In this document: piece after piece, positions 13,116 to 26,452 of the stretch
Position numbering within the stretch: the first letter of the stretch is position 1
How the letters are laid out: every line of letters starts with the position of its first letter
Assembly (NCBI RefSeq): GCF_018977255.1
Contig: NW_024704743.1
Coordinates: 41,604,001-41,668,000, forward strand
DNA: 64,000 bases
Source: Callorhinchus milii
Lineage: Eukaryota
Direction: 5' to 3'
Notes under the pieces: model-generated
Seen by the model: only the letters and a program-made list of their open reading frames with translations
The model's database searches: none
Told to the model about the DNA's origin: nothing
Translations under genes and position numbers: made by a program

Positions 13116-14721
13116 ATGTCACTTGTTCACAGAAATAATGATCCAAAGGCTCTTCTTCTGTGTTGTATGGTTTCTATTGTAGTAATGAGAGATGGTAGAA
13201 AAAGTAACAAGATCAATGTATGATATTTTTTGATATTATTGAATTGATTCTTAGTGATTCTCTTGAAAAGCATCAAATGGGGCTAAGGGGATAATAGTTA
13301 ATTGCGATGTATCTAGCAGAACCTAGTATTATATAAATACTGTCTGTAAACACACAGACTCATGTCACCTTAATGTGCCAACTAGCCCCTCGCAATAGCA
13401 ATGTGCCACAATTCCATGTTCCATCAAAGTCCAAGTGTTTATGCCTAAATTATATAGGGGGCTACTGTCTCAAGTTGAATCCAACCTGATGCTATGTCTA
13501 GCCAAGCATTGGGTCTGAAACAGGCCAGACCTTAGGTTTCACATCAAATACTTGTCACAGAATATCCTCAAAACATACAGATTATATGCTTAGTCCGAGC
13601 AGTCTCGGTGCATGCACCAGGCTAACCTTGTATGTCTCTTCTGTTCAATTTGGAGTGAGGGAGTAGGGATAGTGTTATGACTATGTGTGATTTGTTCCTC
13701 ACAGTGCAACACATTGTTTCTACAAGTGAATTATACTACAGGAGACAAGTGTCAAAAGAAACTAGCATCCAATACAATTGTGATTTGGGGCACAGGATAA
13801 TTAAACATAAATTAATGTGGGGAGTTTATGATTCTAATTAAGTTCGCAAATTTGAAACATTTCAACATGTTTTCAATGTGATCATTTTTAAATCATTTGT
13901 TTGGTTGCTGTTTTACTTCGTAGAAATTTCATTAATAGTCTTAGAAATCTATTCATTTTTGGCTTTAATGTACTGTCACTTCAGGTCGGAATTCTTCCCT
14001 TGCCATGTTAATGAGGGAGGGGCGAGGTTTGCAGACAGGCATGTATCAAATAAATATTCAGCATTTGTGTTCAATCTTAACATTAGTGTTAGTGAAGGAC
14101 AAATATTTTAGTAAGAACAAAAAATATTTTGTTTAATGAAGCAAACCACACGGGAAGCAGCAAAATATTTTTTCTTGCATAATGTGCCATATGCTTCTGT
14201 AAAAGGAGTATGCTGGTTACAATGTGGATGAAACTTTGGGTCTTTCTTTCTTACAGAGCAATACATGTATTAAGATTGTACTACTAATTTGCTTTCCTTA
14301 CAAAATATACTGGCTTTTTTTCTGCAGGCAATTGGATTTAAAAGTACATCTATACTTGGTTGAAAATTACACACAATTTCATGGAAAGTCAAAAGTATCA
14401 CAGGGTGGGATTTTTGCACTCAAGACAGAAAAAAAAGACAAGGCAAGGATCAAAGGGTAGAACAAGAAATGGAATTTAATGCCTTGTTGACCTTGGGGGG
14501 TGGGGGGGTGGTGGGAGGGGTGCATGTCCAAAGTGAATCTTTGTACTTTTTCTCAATGCATTCAGGAAAGCTGAAACTTTGATATATATCAAGAAGAAAT
14601 TCCACTGGATTTACTCTATGCAACATTTCAGAGCATCCAGGAATTGGCAAATTGTTGAATTGATTTTTAACTTTGTAACTGAATTTCTGCGGTTCTTTAA
14701 AGAACTTCACAAAATCAAAAG

Positions 14722-15190
14722 AGAGTTTGGATGAAGAAGGCCCTCAGCCTATCTGATCTCATCCTTCCAAATACCCACCCTACCGTTTTCCCATCACAGC
14801 ATCAAGCTTTTTTTCAAGTGAGTTCATTGGCATCAACCACTCTTCTTGGCAACCTGTTCCAGTTGTTAATTACCCTCTAAGTAAAGAAAAACTTCCTGAT
14901 GCCTATCCTGAAATTACCCTTGGCAATGCTGAACCTTCCTCCTTCATCCACAAGCATTGTTCTGGGTTATCTTTCTCAATCCCATTTAAAATCTTATAAA
15001 CCTCTGTTCAGTCCCTTTCAAGCCTGAAGAGCCCTAGCTTGTCTAACCATTTCTCATATTTCAATTCTCTAATACTGTGGATCATTCTCATTGCCCTCAT
15101 CTCTGCAACCTCTATGGCCTGGAGAGGCCCCAAGTCTCTATGACCAGGACAATATGCGATACTCTAGGTCGCTCTGTCCACTGAACTGTA
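14722..15190 (-). mobile_element. Old CR1 3' fragment
   Basis: gaagaaggccctcagcctatc, ctgttccagttgttaattaccctctaagtaaagaaaaacttcctg and ttcaagcctgaagagccctagc resemble reverse CR1 ORF2 end and UTR. Confidence 0.6.
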
Positions 15191-17880
15191 GAGCTTCAGT
15201 ACGACTTCTGGGTTACAAGAAAATCAGCTGCAAATTAAGATTGTATTTAATAATTTGGCTAAATCTGGAGGCACTGAAATACCACATAAATAAGAGTAAG
15301 TCTAGACCCAGGTGGAATTTTTGCTGTATAGTTGCTATTAAATTAAAATGATCAGCTAAGTTCCCATGTTTCTATTATGCTGTTGAGAGCACTCTGCTTT
15401 CTTATTTTCAAACTGAAAGCTCCTCAATGCATCTGGTGATTTCTTAAGTGATCTTTGAGATGCTGGTGACCTTGTCTTGTACGGGAAGAAAATAAATAAG
15501 GCATGGATAAATAAAAGCATACATACAGCAAGAGCTTTTAGTGTAAAGTCATGATGTATTTAGAAAATGGGCATCATAGATTCATTGCCTTTTCCACCTC
15601 AATGTGTTATTGCCTATATGTAAGTTGTGTGTATTTAATTATTAGTTTTCCAAGAGTCCTCTCTTTTAAGCGTAACTTTACAAATAAAATATTATTGGAA
15701 ACTTTACATCTTTCACACAAAAATATTGATAATACAATACTAATACAATTACATGTACCCTTTCACCTCGGGAGGACATCTCAAAGGGCTTCACCATGCT
15801 GGAGAGGCACCCGGGCTGAAGGTGGGGGCTAAGGAGGGTTGGGGAAGGGAAAGATGACCGAAAGCACGGTCAAATAGTTTAAAGTTTGAATTCAGGAGAG
15901 AGGGACAGAGTTAATCAGAGGCTCTCCTAGATAGAACTCCCAAGAGCGATGACAGAATATGTCGCATTCATTTTGAAGTAATTAGTGCTTTTAAGCCTCT
16001 GTGGGCAGTTTATGTTTATTCGTTTGCTTGAAAATAAAAGATAGAAATGTAAACTGATGTTTCTGAAGGGATTTAATGTGTGACTTCAGTCATGTATCTG
16101 CAAAGAAAAGTTTCATTTTCACCTCACAAATTTTATATCAGTGACCCAATAGAAATCATTATCATCATCAAAGTAATAATATAATCCTTTCATGTGATCA
16201 TCTAATCATAGAATTATACAGCACAGAAGGAGGCCATTCAGCCCACCATGTCTGTGCCAGGTCCTTCAAAAGAGCTATTCAATGCAATCCCACTCCCCAC
16301 CTTTCACCTAATGAGGAGTCTGAAAGTGCTTCAGATGATTTATTGTGAAGTGTCCTGACAATAGTACACTTTACAATAAATCATTGTATTTCATAGGCAA
16401 ACAGCAGTGAATGTGTGCACAGCAATGTCCCACAAAGTGAATGATCAGTTTTATATGAGGATTGTTGGCTAGAACCTTCTGGTAAAAATTGCTATCTTGT
16501 TGTAACCTTGGTCAAACCATATCTGTCAAGAAACATTACAATTTTCACACCATAAAACTATAACGATATCCATGGTACCAATGATAAAATAATAATTTTT
16601 GGTGTATTTTGTGTGATGCCTCATCTGAAATTTCTGCACTCAGCTTTTATTTCATGATTTACGCAATGATAAAAAAAATGCTCATGTTAGTTTTCCTTGT
16701 AAACACAGTCTGAGTTTTTATCACAAATGATTCACTACAATCATCAGACAGGAATACAGATGGAGCTCTTACTCAGATAGTGGAAGGAGGGAGAGGATCA
16801 GCAGAAGTAATATTGGGGAATCACAAATCATTTTAAAGGATGTCTGGGTCACTCTATAAATGAAATGAATGACATGGAAACTGGAGCCGAGGGAAACATT
16901 TATAATAAGAATCTGAAGCATGTACTGAAAACACTAATACCATTTCCTTTCTTCAAAGCAGTCACAGTTTAATTTCCCCTAGGCCCAAATCAACTAAGTA
17001 TGTCTGACCAGAAATTGTTCATTTACCCGACTTTACCACCGGTGCGATGCAGGGAGTGAGGGAGTAATGGAACAATTCTGTGTGAATTTTTGGATTCAGT
17101 GTGACAAGCCTTTTAATTTATTGATTGATTTTCTTGAGCCGCCATCATCAAACGAACATGTCCTTCCACCTCAGAGTATGTCAGTGCATAATCTTTGCTA
17201 CACCCAGCTTCAGCATATCTCATTTGCTGGTGATTTTGTCTACGTATGGAATAAATAGGCAGTGCAAAACCAGTCAGGCTTAGACAAGCTAGTGATTAAA
17301 ATTGTGAGGTTTGTCACTATCATTCAGCTGTCAAGATCAAGGGTTGGATTTCTAATGCAGCTACATTCTCTTGCTATTGCTCATTTTGGCCATTAGTGAG
17401 GATTAGTTTTGCTGCTGTTTTATTTTGAAAGCTGTTCCTTCATAACATACTGCAAGCGTGAAATCATTCCATTAATTATCATAAAATTCCTTTGGATTTG
17501 GTCATTTCTAATATTTAGGAAAACATTTCTAAAATTATAAAAAGGGGGTATTCCCAGATTTTTTTTTGGCGTGGTGTAAATCAAAGAGATTCTGAGACTA
17601 CCAAAATGTTGGTGCAATGACAAGCAATTTTATTCGGACAAGTACAAAATTAACCTACACAAAGATTAAAGCTGTAGTTTTAGAGAGAAAACAGTATTGG
17701 CCTGTTACTCGGGGAAGTGAGTTGAGCCTGTTCATTTCTTTACTTCCTCACTTCCAGTATCTTGTACTAAGCACCCAGGTCTTATACCTCAATTCTCAAT
17801 CTGCTTTACCCATATATGGCTAGGACTTCACCCAATAGACAAAGTTCAATAGCCAGACATTTTGTCATCACCCTTGTCTG

Positions 17881-18190
17881 ATAATAATAATAATCCTTGC
17901 ATTTGATATAGCGCTTTTCATGTCGGGAGGACGTCCCAAAGTGCTTCACAGAACACACTGTAAAGTGAATTGACTGTATATTTGTGGGTGAACACGGCAG
18001 CCAATTGCGCACAGCAATGTCCCACAAACAGTCGTAGATTGAAAATGACCAATTTTTATTATTGTTTTTGGTTTTGGAGGGATTATTATGAGGCGAGTGG
18101 AGTAAGGAAACTTGCCCAAGGTTTCTCCCTGCCTGGAATTGAACTCAGGTCTCTCGCTTGCAAAACGAGTGCTCTAACCACTGAGCAACT
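17881..18190 (-). mobile_element. Near full-length young Deu SINE (CTCCC-loop tail)
   Basis: Near-identical to 3312-3616 and 49984-50313. Confidence 0.92.
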
Positions 18191-18604
18191 AGAATCTAAC
18201 CCAAATCTGACGAATGTGTTTGGCGTTTTTTCACCTTGATTTTTTTCTCACAAATCCTCTGCTTAACTTAACACCCTTCAGTTGCTGCTTGCTTCTTCAA
18301 TCTAATGTTACTTAAACATCTGCAGAATAATACAAGACCACAGCTCAGCACAGATAAGATGTCAGAAAGGTTGGGATCGACGAGGCCAGACTGGTGCATG
18401 GGACCAAAGAAGAATACACATCCTACGGGGTGGGGTGGGGGAGTTCGGACTCAGAGTCATACTGGTATGAGGGAGGACTGGTTGATAATTCAGCTCCAGT
18501 GCTAAAATTCTTCTTCTGTAAGGCTGCATAAAGGTGAGGTGCCAGCACACTACAAATGCTTGAGAAGATGTGTGCCTGCCTGACTCAATTTGTTCCACCC
18601 TTCC

Positions 18605-19000
18605 ATTCTTGACTCTGTGTCAGAAGGTTGTGGGTTTCAGCACCATATGGGTACTTTGAACTCATAGTCTAACTGTAGTTTTGCCCGCAAAGTATACGTT
18701 AACTCTACTTTACAGTGTATATTGTGAAGCACTTTGAGATGTCTCGAAGGAGTAATAAGGCACTGTATCAAATCCAAGGATTACTATTATCTAGACAGAC
18801 ATTTCAATGGAGTGCTGGGGGTGTTGTCCTTTGGATGAGATGTTAAACAAAAGTTCCTAGTGCTTGTTCAAGTAGACATTAAAACATCCTGGCACTACAG
18901 TAGTCAAAACAAGAGAGGCGTTTCTCCCAGTGTGCTGGTCAACAACTCCCCTGATAAATATGATCATTTACTTTGTTGTTGCTTTTGCCTATAAATACAC
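18605..19000 (+). mobile_element. Older Deu/SacSINE1-like SINE interrupted by a SINE tail (~18680-18790)
   Basis: ctctgtgtcagaaggttgtgggtt head; gtcctttggatgagatgttaaac...ctcccagtgtgctggtcaaca Deu body. Confidence 0.6.
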
Positions 19001-19039
19001 GGATACTACAGATTACGGAAAATCCTTCAATTAAATTTG

Positions 19040-20613
19040 AGATTTTGGGTGGGGGGTTGAGAGTGACTGTAAGCACGGTTGAAAAGGAAGACTTTCAGGC
19101 TGCATTTGAAAAGGGGAAGAAAGGGGACAAGGCAGAGGGATTGAGGGAGAGTGTTCCAGAGTTTTGGGGTGTAGTGGCTGAAAGCATGATGGTCAAACAG
19201 GAGGCCGGTGCCAGTCGAGCGGAGGCGCCAGGTGGTGGATTGGGGAGTGGATTGGGGACCCTGAACTGTCCTTTCTCCCCCACATCCGCGCCATAACCAG
19301 CACTGCCTACCACCACCTCCGCAATATTGCCAGACTCTGCCACTGCCTCACCTCTCAGGCTGCCAAAACCCTCACCCACGAATCTCACGCACCAGCCTCC
19401 ACGACCCCATAACTCCCACCCTCACCTGACTCCACTGGCTCCACATCTCCCAGAGGATCGAGTTCAAGATCTTCATCCTCACTTTCAAGACTATCCATGG
19501 CATTGCCCCCTCCTACCTCTCTGACCTGCTGACTCCCTACCAACCTGTTCGCTCCCTCCGTTCATCGGGCTCCGGTCTGCTCCATGTCTCCTGCACGATC
19601 CACCCTACCATTGGTGGCCGAGCTTTCAGCCTCTCTGCCCCCACACTCTGGAACTCCATCCCACGGTCCCTTCGCCTCGCTTCCTCCCTTGCCTCCTTCA
19701 AGGCCAGTCTCAACACCCTTCTCTTCAACCATGTCTTTGGTCTCCCTCCCACCTCTCGCCTTCCCTCACCTCTACACCACCCCTCCCCCATGCTCGAGCC
19801 CCGACACCTGACTGTTCAGTGCTTTGGGACGTCCTCCCGACATGAATGGCACTCTGTAAATGTTGTTGAGTGAGGAGGTCGGAGATGCATGGAGGTGCCA
19901 GGGAGTGAAAGGATTTGAACGTGAGGATCTTGAAGTTGATCTGTTTGGTAATGGGGAGTCAGTGGAGCCTGGAAAGACCTGGTGAGATGGGGGTACGGAA
20001 TTTGGTCCAGCTAATTATGTGGGTGGCAGACTAGATTTTTTGAATAGTGGAGCTGGGGAGTGCATTTGAATAATCCAAGCGGGAGGTGCCACACCCATGC
20101 ACGAGGGTTTCGGCTGCATTTGGGGTAAGGTACGGTCAGAGACGGGCAATGTGGTGGAGGTGGAAGATGGCGGTCCTGGTCAGGGATTAGATATGGGGGA
20201 GGAAGGACAGCTGGGGGTCGAACTAGATGCCTAGATTGCGCACAGGTTTGGTGAGTGTGAGCGGGAGCCCAGGGAGGTTGAGGAGTTCAGATCCACAGGA
20301 GTGAAGATGTTGATGAGAGCCAAGGACTATGGCTTCTGTCTTGTCCACATTCAGCTGCAGGAAGTTTGCACTCATCCAGGCCATCATGCCTGCCAGACAA
20401 GCGGATAGAACATCGGCGGATCTGGAGTCAATGGTGGAGGAGGCAAAGTAGATTTGTGTGTCATCCACATACATGTGGAAGTTTACCCCATGTCTGCCGA
20501 TGACATCACCAAGAGGGAGCACATAGATGAGGAAAAGTAGAGGACCAAGGATGGAGCTCTAGGCAACACGCAGGTGACCGGGCAGGGGCCGGAGGAGAAA
20601 CCATTTGCCAAGG
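19040..20613 (-). mobile_element. Minus-strand L2 (different subfamily) split by a plus-strand L2 at 19258-19868
   Basis: ORF 20223-20522 gives FHMYVDDTQIY, WMSANFLQLNVDKTEAI, PVRNLGI; the element continues across the insert to ~19040. Confidence 0.88.
19258..19868 (+). mobile_element. 5'-truncated L2 3' end nested in an antisense L2
   Basis: gaccctgaactgtcctttctcccccacatcc...ctccactggctcc...ctctggaactccatccc; tail gggacgtcctcccgacatgaatggcactctgtaaatgttgtt. Confidence 0.9.
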
Positions 20614-20627
20614 TGGTAATGATGGTA

Positions 20628-20970
20628 ATAATTATAATAATCCTTCTGTTTGACATAACGCCTTATCACATTGTCGAGATGCCTCAAATTACTTCACAGG
20701 ATATACTGCAAAGTGGTGCGACTCAGTATTTTGTGGGTAAACATACGACCAATTTGCACACAGCAGTGTCTCACAAACCGCCATGGAGTGAATGACCAAT
20801 TTTATTTGGGGGATTGTTGGCCATGGCACCAGGAGAAAGTCCCTTCTCTTCATATAATGCCAAAGGATCCTTAATGTCTACCTGGGCAGGCAGACAGGTC
20901 CTCCGTTTAACATTTCATCTGAAGGGCAACACCTCTGAGATTTCAGCACACCCCTAGGACTACACTGCAT
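20628..20970 (-). mobile_element. Older Deu-domain SINE
   Basis: Tail, core caatttgcacacagcagtgtctcacaaac and body ccgtttaacatttcatctgaagggcaacacctctga. Confidence 0.75.
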
Positions 20971-22050
20971 TTCACAGATAATTCCGATCAAACCAGCACC
21001 ACCAATATCATACAAACAGTTGTGAGGTGAATGGTGAATTTTTTTGCTTCAACGGCAACAACAATAGTGACTTGGTTCAAGACGAGATAGTGTCTTGAAG
21101 CACTTGAGGTAGCAATGGTATGAAATATGTCATGTTAATACATAGGGAACAAAGAAATACAAGAAAATATAACATAACGCCCCTCAACGTTTTGTTCCAT
21201 TAATCTCATTTTTGACTAAATTTCATCCTTGCAAAAGTGTCATGATAGCTGCTATCATTCAATTATAGCCACAGGAAAATGGGCAAGAGCTGTTTCAGTT
21301 GTGAATGTGTCATGCGTCAACGAAATGGAAAATTAATTTTATGTCAATCTTCTAAGTTCAGCTCAGGTTATATTGTTGAAGAAATCCAGGGGAGTAATGA
21401 TTTGTATCTGTTCATGACCTGGCAGGATTGCAACTGGGTGAAAAAATGAAAAAAAGATACTCTGATATTCAGCATTCCCATGACTTGCCTTAATGAACAC
21501 TCGCAAACGTAAATGAGATGGCTTGCTTCAATAGCAAATAATGAATGTCACAATTTGTTTGAAAAATGTTTAATTTCTTGATTAAATTATTTTAAAGACC
21601 TGAAGAGCATAACAATTCTCACCCTTTTAATCATAATTGCTGTGCAGGAAGGAAATTGAGAGAACACCTACCATTTACTTCAATTTGCAAACTAGCTGCT
21701 TAATAACATATTAACCATTCCGAAAATACAGGGTCAATTCTGTAATATTTCTAAACAATGGTCTTCATTATGAAATCCAGGTCAGGAGATCTTCCACTAA
21801 CTGGAAGTGTGTCACCCATGTCACTTCATCCTGAATATAGATTGAGTTAGAGTAGCAAACCATGAGTTGACATAATGAACCACAGGATTTCTTCATTAAA
21901 AAATCTTAAAGGATATTGCAGAATTATGCAATGCAATTTACAATGCAATTTACATTATATAGTGCCTTTCATATAGGCAGGATGTCTCAAAGTGCTAAAG
22001 GCAAGTTACAGTTCAATTTTGATGCATTAATTCCCATAAAACTTTAAAAC

Positions 22051-22290
22051 CATAGACATTTACAGCAAAGATGTAGACCATTCAGCCAATTATGCCTATA
22101 GTGGTTTTCTGAAAGAGCTAACCATTTACTCCTGTTCTCTTGCTTATTTTCCATTCCTTTTTACTATATTTCTTCTTTGACAATATTTATCTAATTCCTT
22201 CTTTAAAGCTAACATGGATTCTGCCACTGCCATGCTTTTAGATAGGACATTCTAGAGCCGTCTGGGTAGCAAACACATCTCCTGCTCCCT
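22051..22290 (-). mobile_element. Old CR1 3' fragment
   Basis: catagacatttacagcaaagatgtagaccattcagcc, similar to 38427 and 48031 copies. Confidence 0.55.
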
Positions 22291-25040
22291 GCAATACTTT
22301 AAGGGGTAAATTCGAGTTTGGATGCCAATGTACAAGACATTGGCAGATATGTTTGATGATCCAATTACGTGATTATATTGAGACAAAGTACACCTTTCTG
22401 TTTATCAGCTCAATAACATAGCATGCAGGACACTTTGTCAGCTACTCATACTCCTTTAACTCCTGTAGTGAGAGCCAATGAGTTATTGCATTCAAGCATG
22501 ATTTCTCCATGCAGGCCTCCAATGAGAGAACACATCAAGCGATAGTAGGTATGTTTGATACATTAAAATCACATCAGAGATCGCAGGACTGTAATGTGAC
22601 CAAGTCAACCTTCGCACTCGTAGTCCTTGATTTCCAGAAACTTTGATGCTACTTTTCAGTCAATGAAAAGTCCAGATTTTGGGAGGTTTATTTCCCTCCT
22701 TTAGGATGAATAGTGGGAGCCAGCAGCTACAATGTTGAAAACAGGTAAGTAAACCATTTTAAAAGAAGCTTAAAATGGTCTGGAAAATCACCCCCTCTAC
22801 TTACTCAAATCGGGCTTATTGCGTGTCCCTCAACCTACCATTAGTCGCTTTTCAATTCTATACTCACTGCTTCTCCCCTTAACCCCCACCCCCCACCCGG
22901 TTCAGCCACAATGAACAGGATGAAATTCTACTTTTGGAGTGCTCTGAGATACTACCCTGCATGGAGGACACTATTTAAATACCAGCTGTTGTTGTATTGT
23001 AGTAAAAATCGGATAAAATTATGATACAAGATGGGATCATTTGTACCGTTTATTAGTGATTGGGGCTTGAACCCAGAAAATTCTGACTCAGAGGCGAGAG
23101 TTCTACTAACTAAGACAAGCTGACATCTAAAACTTAAATGATCTTACATTTTGAGACAAAATGATTGTACAAGTGAACATTTTTTACCCATAAAATATAT
23201 AATTCACTTTACAGTATATTCTATAGTATATTCAGGGCCTTGGGATGTCCTCCCGATGTGAAAGGAGCTCTATAAATGTCATTTTGTCGCTGTGGTTGTT
23301 GTATTCTGCGAAGCGCTTTGAGACATCTCAGCGGCGTGATAAGGCACTATACCAAATGCAAGGATTATTATTATTAGTAGTAGTAGTAGAAGTATTGTTT
23401 TGGCCCTTATATTCAATGCAATTAGATACTTGTTTTATCAATCTTGCTCTACCTGTTTAATCCACAGCAGTAATGAAGAACCTCTTTCCAGTCCTATGAA
23501 TTTAATCAGAATTCAGATTCTCAACCTCCTACAGCTTTAAAGAGAATTGCTGCAATCTAATTTATGACAGACAGATGCCTTTCCAGTCAGTCATTGTAAA
23601 TTTCTACAAAATGTGAGAGACAGAAAATGCAAATGTAATCTTCTCTGTCTGAGAAAGACGGATAAAATATTGACAATTTTTATTCTAAAAATATATTTCC
23701 AGATAAATACATATCCACAGCTAAATTAATCTGCCGGATCGCACATTTTGTATGGAACGAACTGGGGAGGATAAGAAAAAATACTGTTCAGTAACGTCAC
23801 TTCGAAAATTGGGACACCTGTTCAACAGATAACAACAGATTACATCGAAATACAACAACAACAAGATTACATTTGTATTGCGCCGTTTACATCGGGAGGA
23901 CATCACAAGGCCCTGAAATATTTAGATAGCTTAATTTACTGTAATATTAACTCTCACTGCATAAAACAAAACACTTACAATAATAAATAATAATAACAAT
24001 TCTTGTATTTGAGCTAGCATTTTAGCACATCATCTCAAATATCTCAAACTGTTCACAGGATTTACTGTAAAATCCAGTGACTGTGTGCTTGCAGGAGAAC
24101 ACAGAATAGCCAATTTGCACACAGCAATATCCTACAAATAACCATAATGTGAGGATTGTTGTCCTGGGGACTGAACAGGAGGTGGGGAAAATAAAGTCTT
24201 GCATTTATTTTCATAATGTTGTCTCATTGTTTCTTCTGTTTTCTCAGCTTCCTAATTGTCCTATTTTATTCCATTCTTTGCACTATTTTGTACCAATTCC
24301 AGAAACACTTTTTAGTCATAGTACAATCATTGTATTTATTCTGCCTTCCTACTCCTTGTGCCTATTCTGCAAGTTTTAAAATAGTGTTTATTTTTTAATC
24401 TGCTGGTTTCAGTCAGTGAAAATCTGAAAGATTGCAAATGAACAGGGTTGTATTATTAAATGTGGCGGGTTAAATCTGGCACTTGGCTTGACTGATTCAT
24501 CATATTTTTCCATACCAAAAGAAGATGGATTATATAGGATGAGCTTCTCTAGCATCTGTTCCCAGCGACTTCTGTTTTTGTTTCAGTATTTTTTTATATC
24601 CTGGTAATCTATACCTGGCTGATCAGGGTATGTAGGCACCTTTTCACCCACCTTATTATTTTAATCATGTTGGCTTTGGCTGATTAATCTAGCTGCATAC
24701 AACAGCAATTAATTCACGACACAAGAGATTATAATGCATTTCTTCTTTCTTAGCCAATTTCACCCTTCGTAACAATACTTGGCATATTGACATCTTCTCA
24801 TACCATTTTATCTGGTGTTATACCAGCTATCCCATGACTCCTTTTATGCTTATATTAAAGTTCTGCAGTTCAGCTCAACTTAATTAAAACAACATTTTAT
24901 CATCAAATTGTAGTTCTGCAAGTCATCTTAACACCTGCTAATGAATATAAGTAAATCGATCGCTTAACACAACTAAAACAACATTTTTCTAACTCATTTC
25001 TGATCCTAACGGTAATACTGATTTCAACAGTTGAATTTAC

Positions 25041-25110
25041 CGTTACTCTCGATACCAGTTTGTTCCAAACACCAGATGTTAACTTGTTGATCGTGGTTAC
25101 AGGAGAGGGC
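25041..25110 (-). CDS. Candidate minus-strand exon, ALSCNHDQQVNIWCLEQTGIESN or PSPVTTINKLTSGVWNKLVSRVT
   Basis: Minus acceptor ccctctccctgcggtctcag, donor ACG|gtaaat, unusual CpG retention in unique sequence. Confidence 0.22.
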
Positions 25111-25519
25111 CTGAGACCGCAGGGAGAGGGCATTTTTTAATTCTAGAGCCACAGAGAGAGATTTGTCCTGAGTGTGCCTGCTGTTGAAATGGTCCAGTTC
25201 CTAATCTCAGGATTGTTAGCAGAAACATCAGGGTAAAAGTTGGAAGGAAGTTCTTCACTCAAAAGGCTTTTCATTCCTATCAATGTGGATCATACTTGAA
25301 CCCACGTATCACAGGAAAAAAGCCAGTGTCTAGGCTACAATGCCACCAAGTCCCCAATGAGAGAGTCTTGTCACTCGAGGAAGTGAAAGCCACAAAAAGT
25401 GATCTTGTCTAAGGGTTAACTTTGTTCATTTTATTTTTAGATTACTTATGTAAACTGTGACTGAAGCTTCATGGCTCAGATTTCTTCCAATTGGCATCCA
25501 GGACCGTAAAGGTTGCTTC

Positions 25520-26452
25520 TGTTAGAATATGCACTTTTTGTATACTGCTAGAATCATAATAGATGTTGTGAATGGGTTAACTTTTAAGTTAAGTGTGGGG
25601 GGCAACTGGACTGACAGTCATGGGATAGGACACATCTGGTTTTCTCTGTTTTTGAAAGAATAACAGCAGGGGGTCACCTCTTATCAGTAAATGACAACAA
25701 ACCACAGAGGTAACGGTCCAAGGTACCAGTCGACACAGGATCTCGACTGAGCAATAAGTTGCTAGATTCTGACAGGGCCTGCCAACCGACAGAAGGCAAC
25801 CCTCAAGAATAGCAACTAATGAGCAAGTTGCTTAAACTGGAGGACCTTGGTACCATCCCGGGATACTGATAAGAAATAACCAGTCACTTAAAAGGAATGT
25901 ACTAATGATCCCACACCACAAAATAATGAGCACCAGATACAGCCCTAAACTGATCAATCCTCTATCTTAGACAATTAGATCAGATAACAGGGGTCTTAAG
26001 GACAATGTGTGTGTTTGTGAGGCACGTACACCCCATGAGGTGTTCACGTGAACCCAGCATGATTTCGACAGGTGCTCTAATGTCCGCACCATGATTGGAC
26101 AAACATCGGTATAAGAGTTCTGTTAACTATGTGAACGGGGCCGTCCCGGGTCGTGGAGACAAGGATACGGGAGATGGGGCCATCCCGGGCTGCGGAGACA
26201 AGGGTACGGAGATGGAAGACTGAGAGCTAGAAACACTAAGACTGAGGATATCAGATGGAAGATTGAAAGCTGTAAGCAAGAAGACTGAAAGCATGAAGAA
26301 TCAAGCTTGTGTGCTAGAAAGACACAGTGTTGAGCTCTTGAACTCGAGATATCTATAGTGGTGTTATTCTGTTATAAGATCTGTTGATTGTACCGGCCTT
26401 TGGTCTGACCCATCGGGATATTGGGGAATAACGAAAGAAAAATAATACAACA
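25520..26452 (+). mobile_element. Solo-LTR-like element, long form (~930 bp)
   Basis: Starts TGTTAG, ends AACA; ATTGG (~26093) and TATAAGA (~26110); internal ~38-bp tandem duplication; high identity to 62399-62939; no coding sequence; no clear TSD. Confidence 0.75.

Noticed and set aside
14328..18369. Further phase-compatible exon candidates (14328-14404, 18282-18369)
   Set aside because: Weak donors and no independent support; too easy to chain by chance.
22705..22744. Exon-like segment with perfect donor CAG|gtaagt
   Set aside because: All three frames contain stops from the best acceptor; could only be non-coding.
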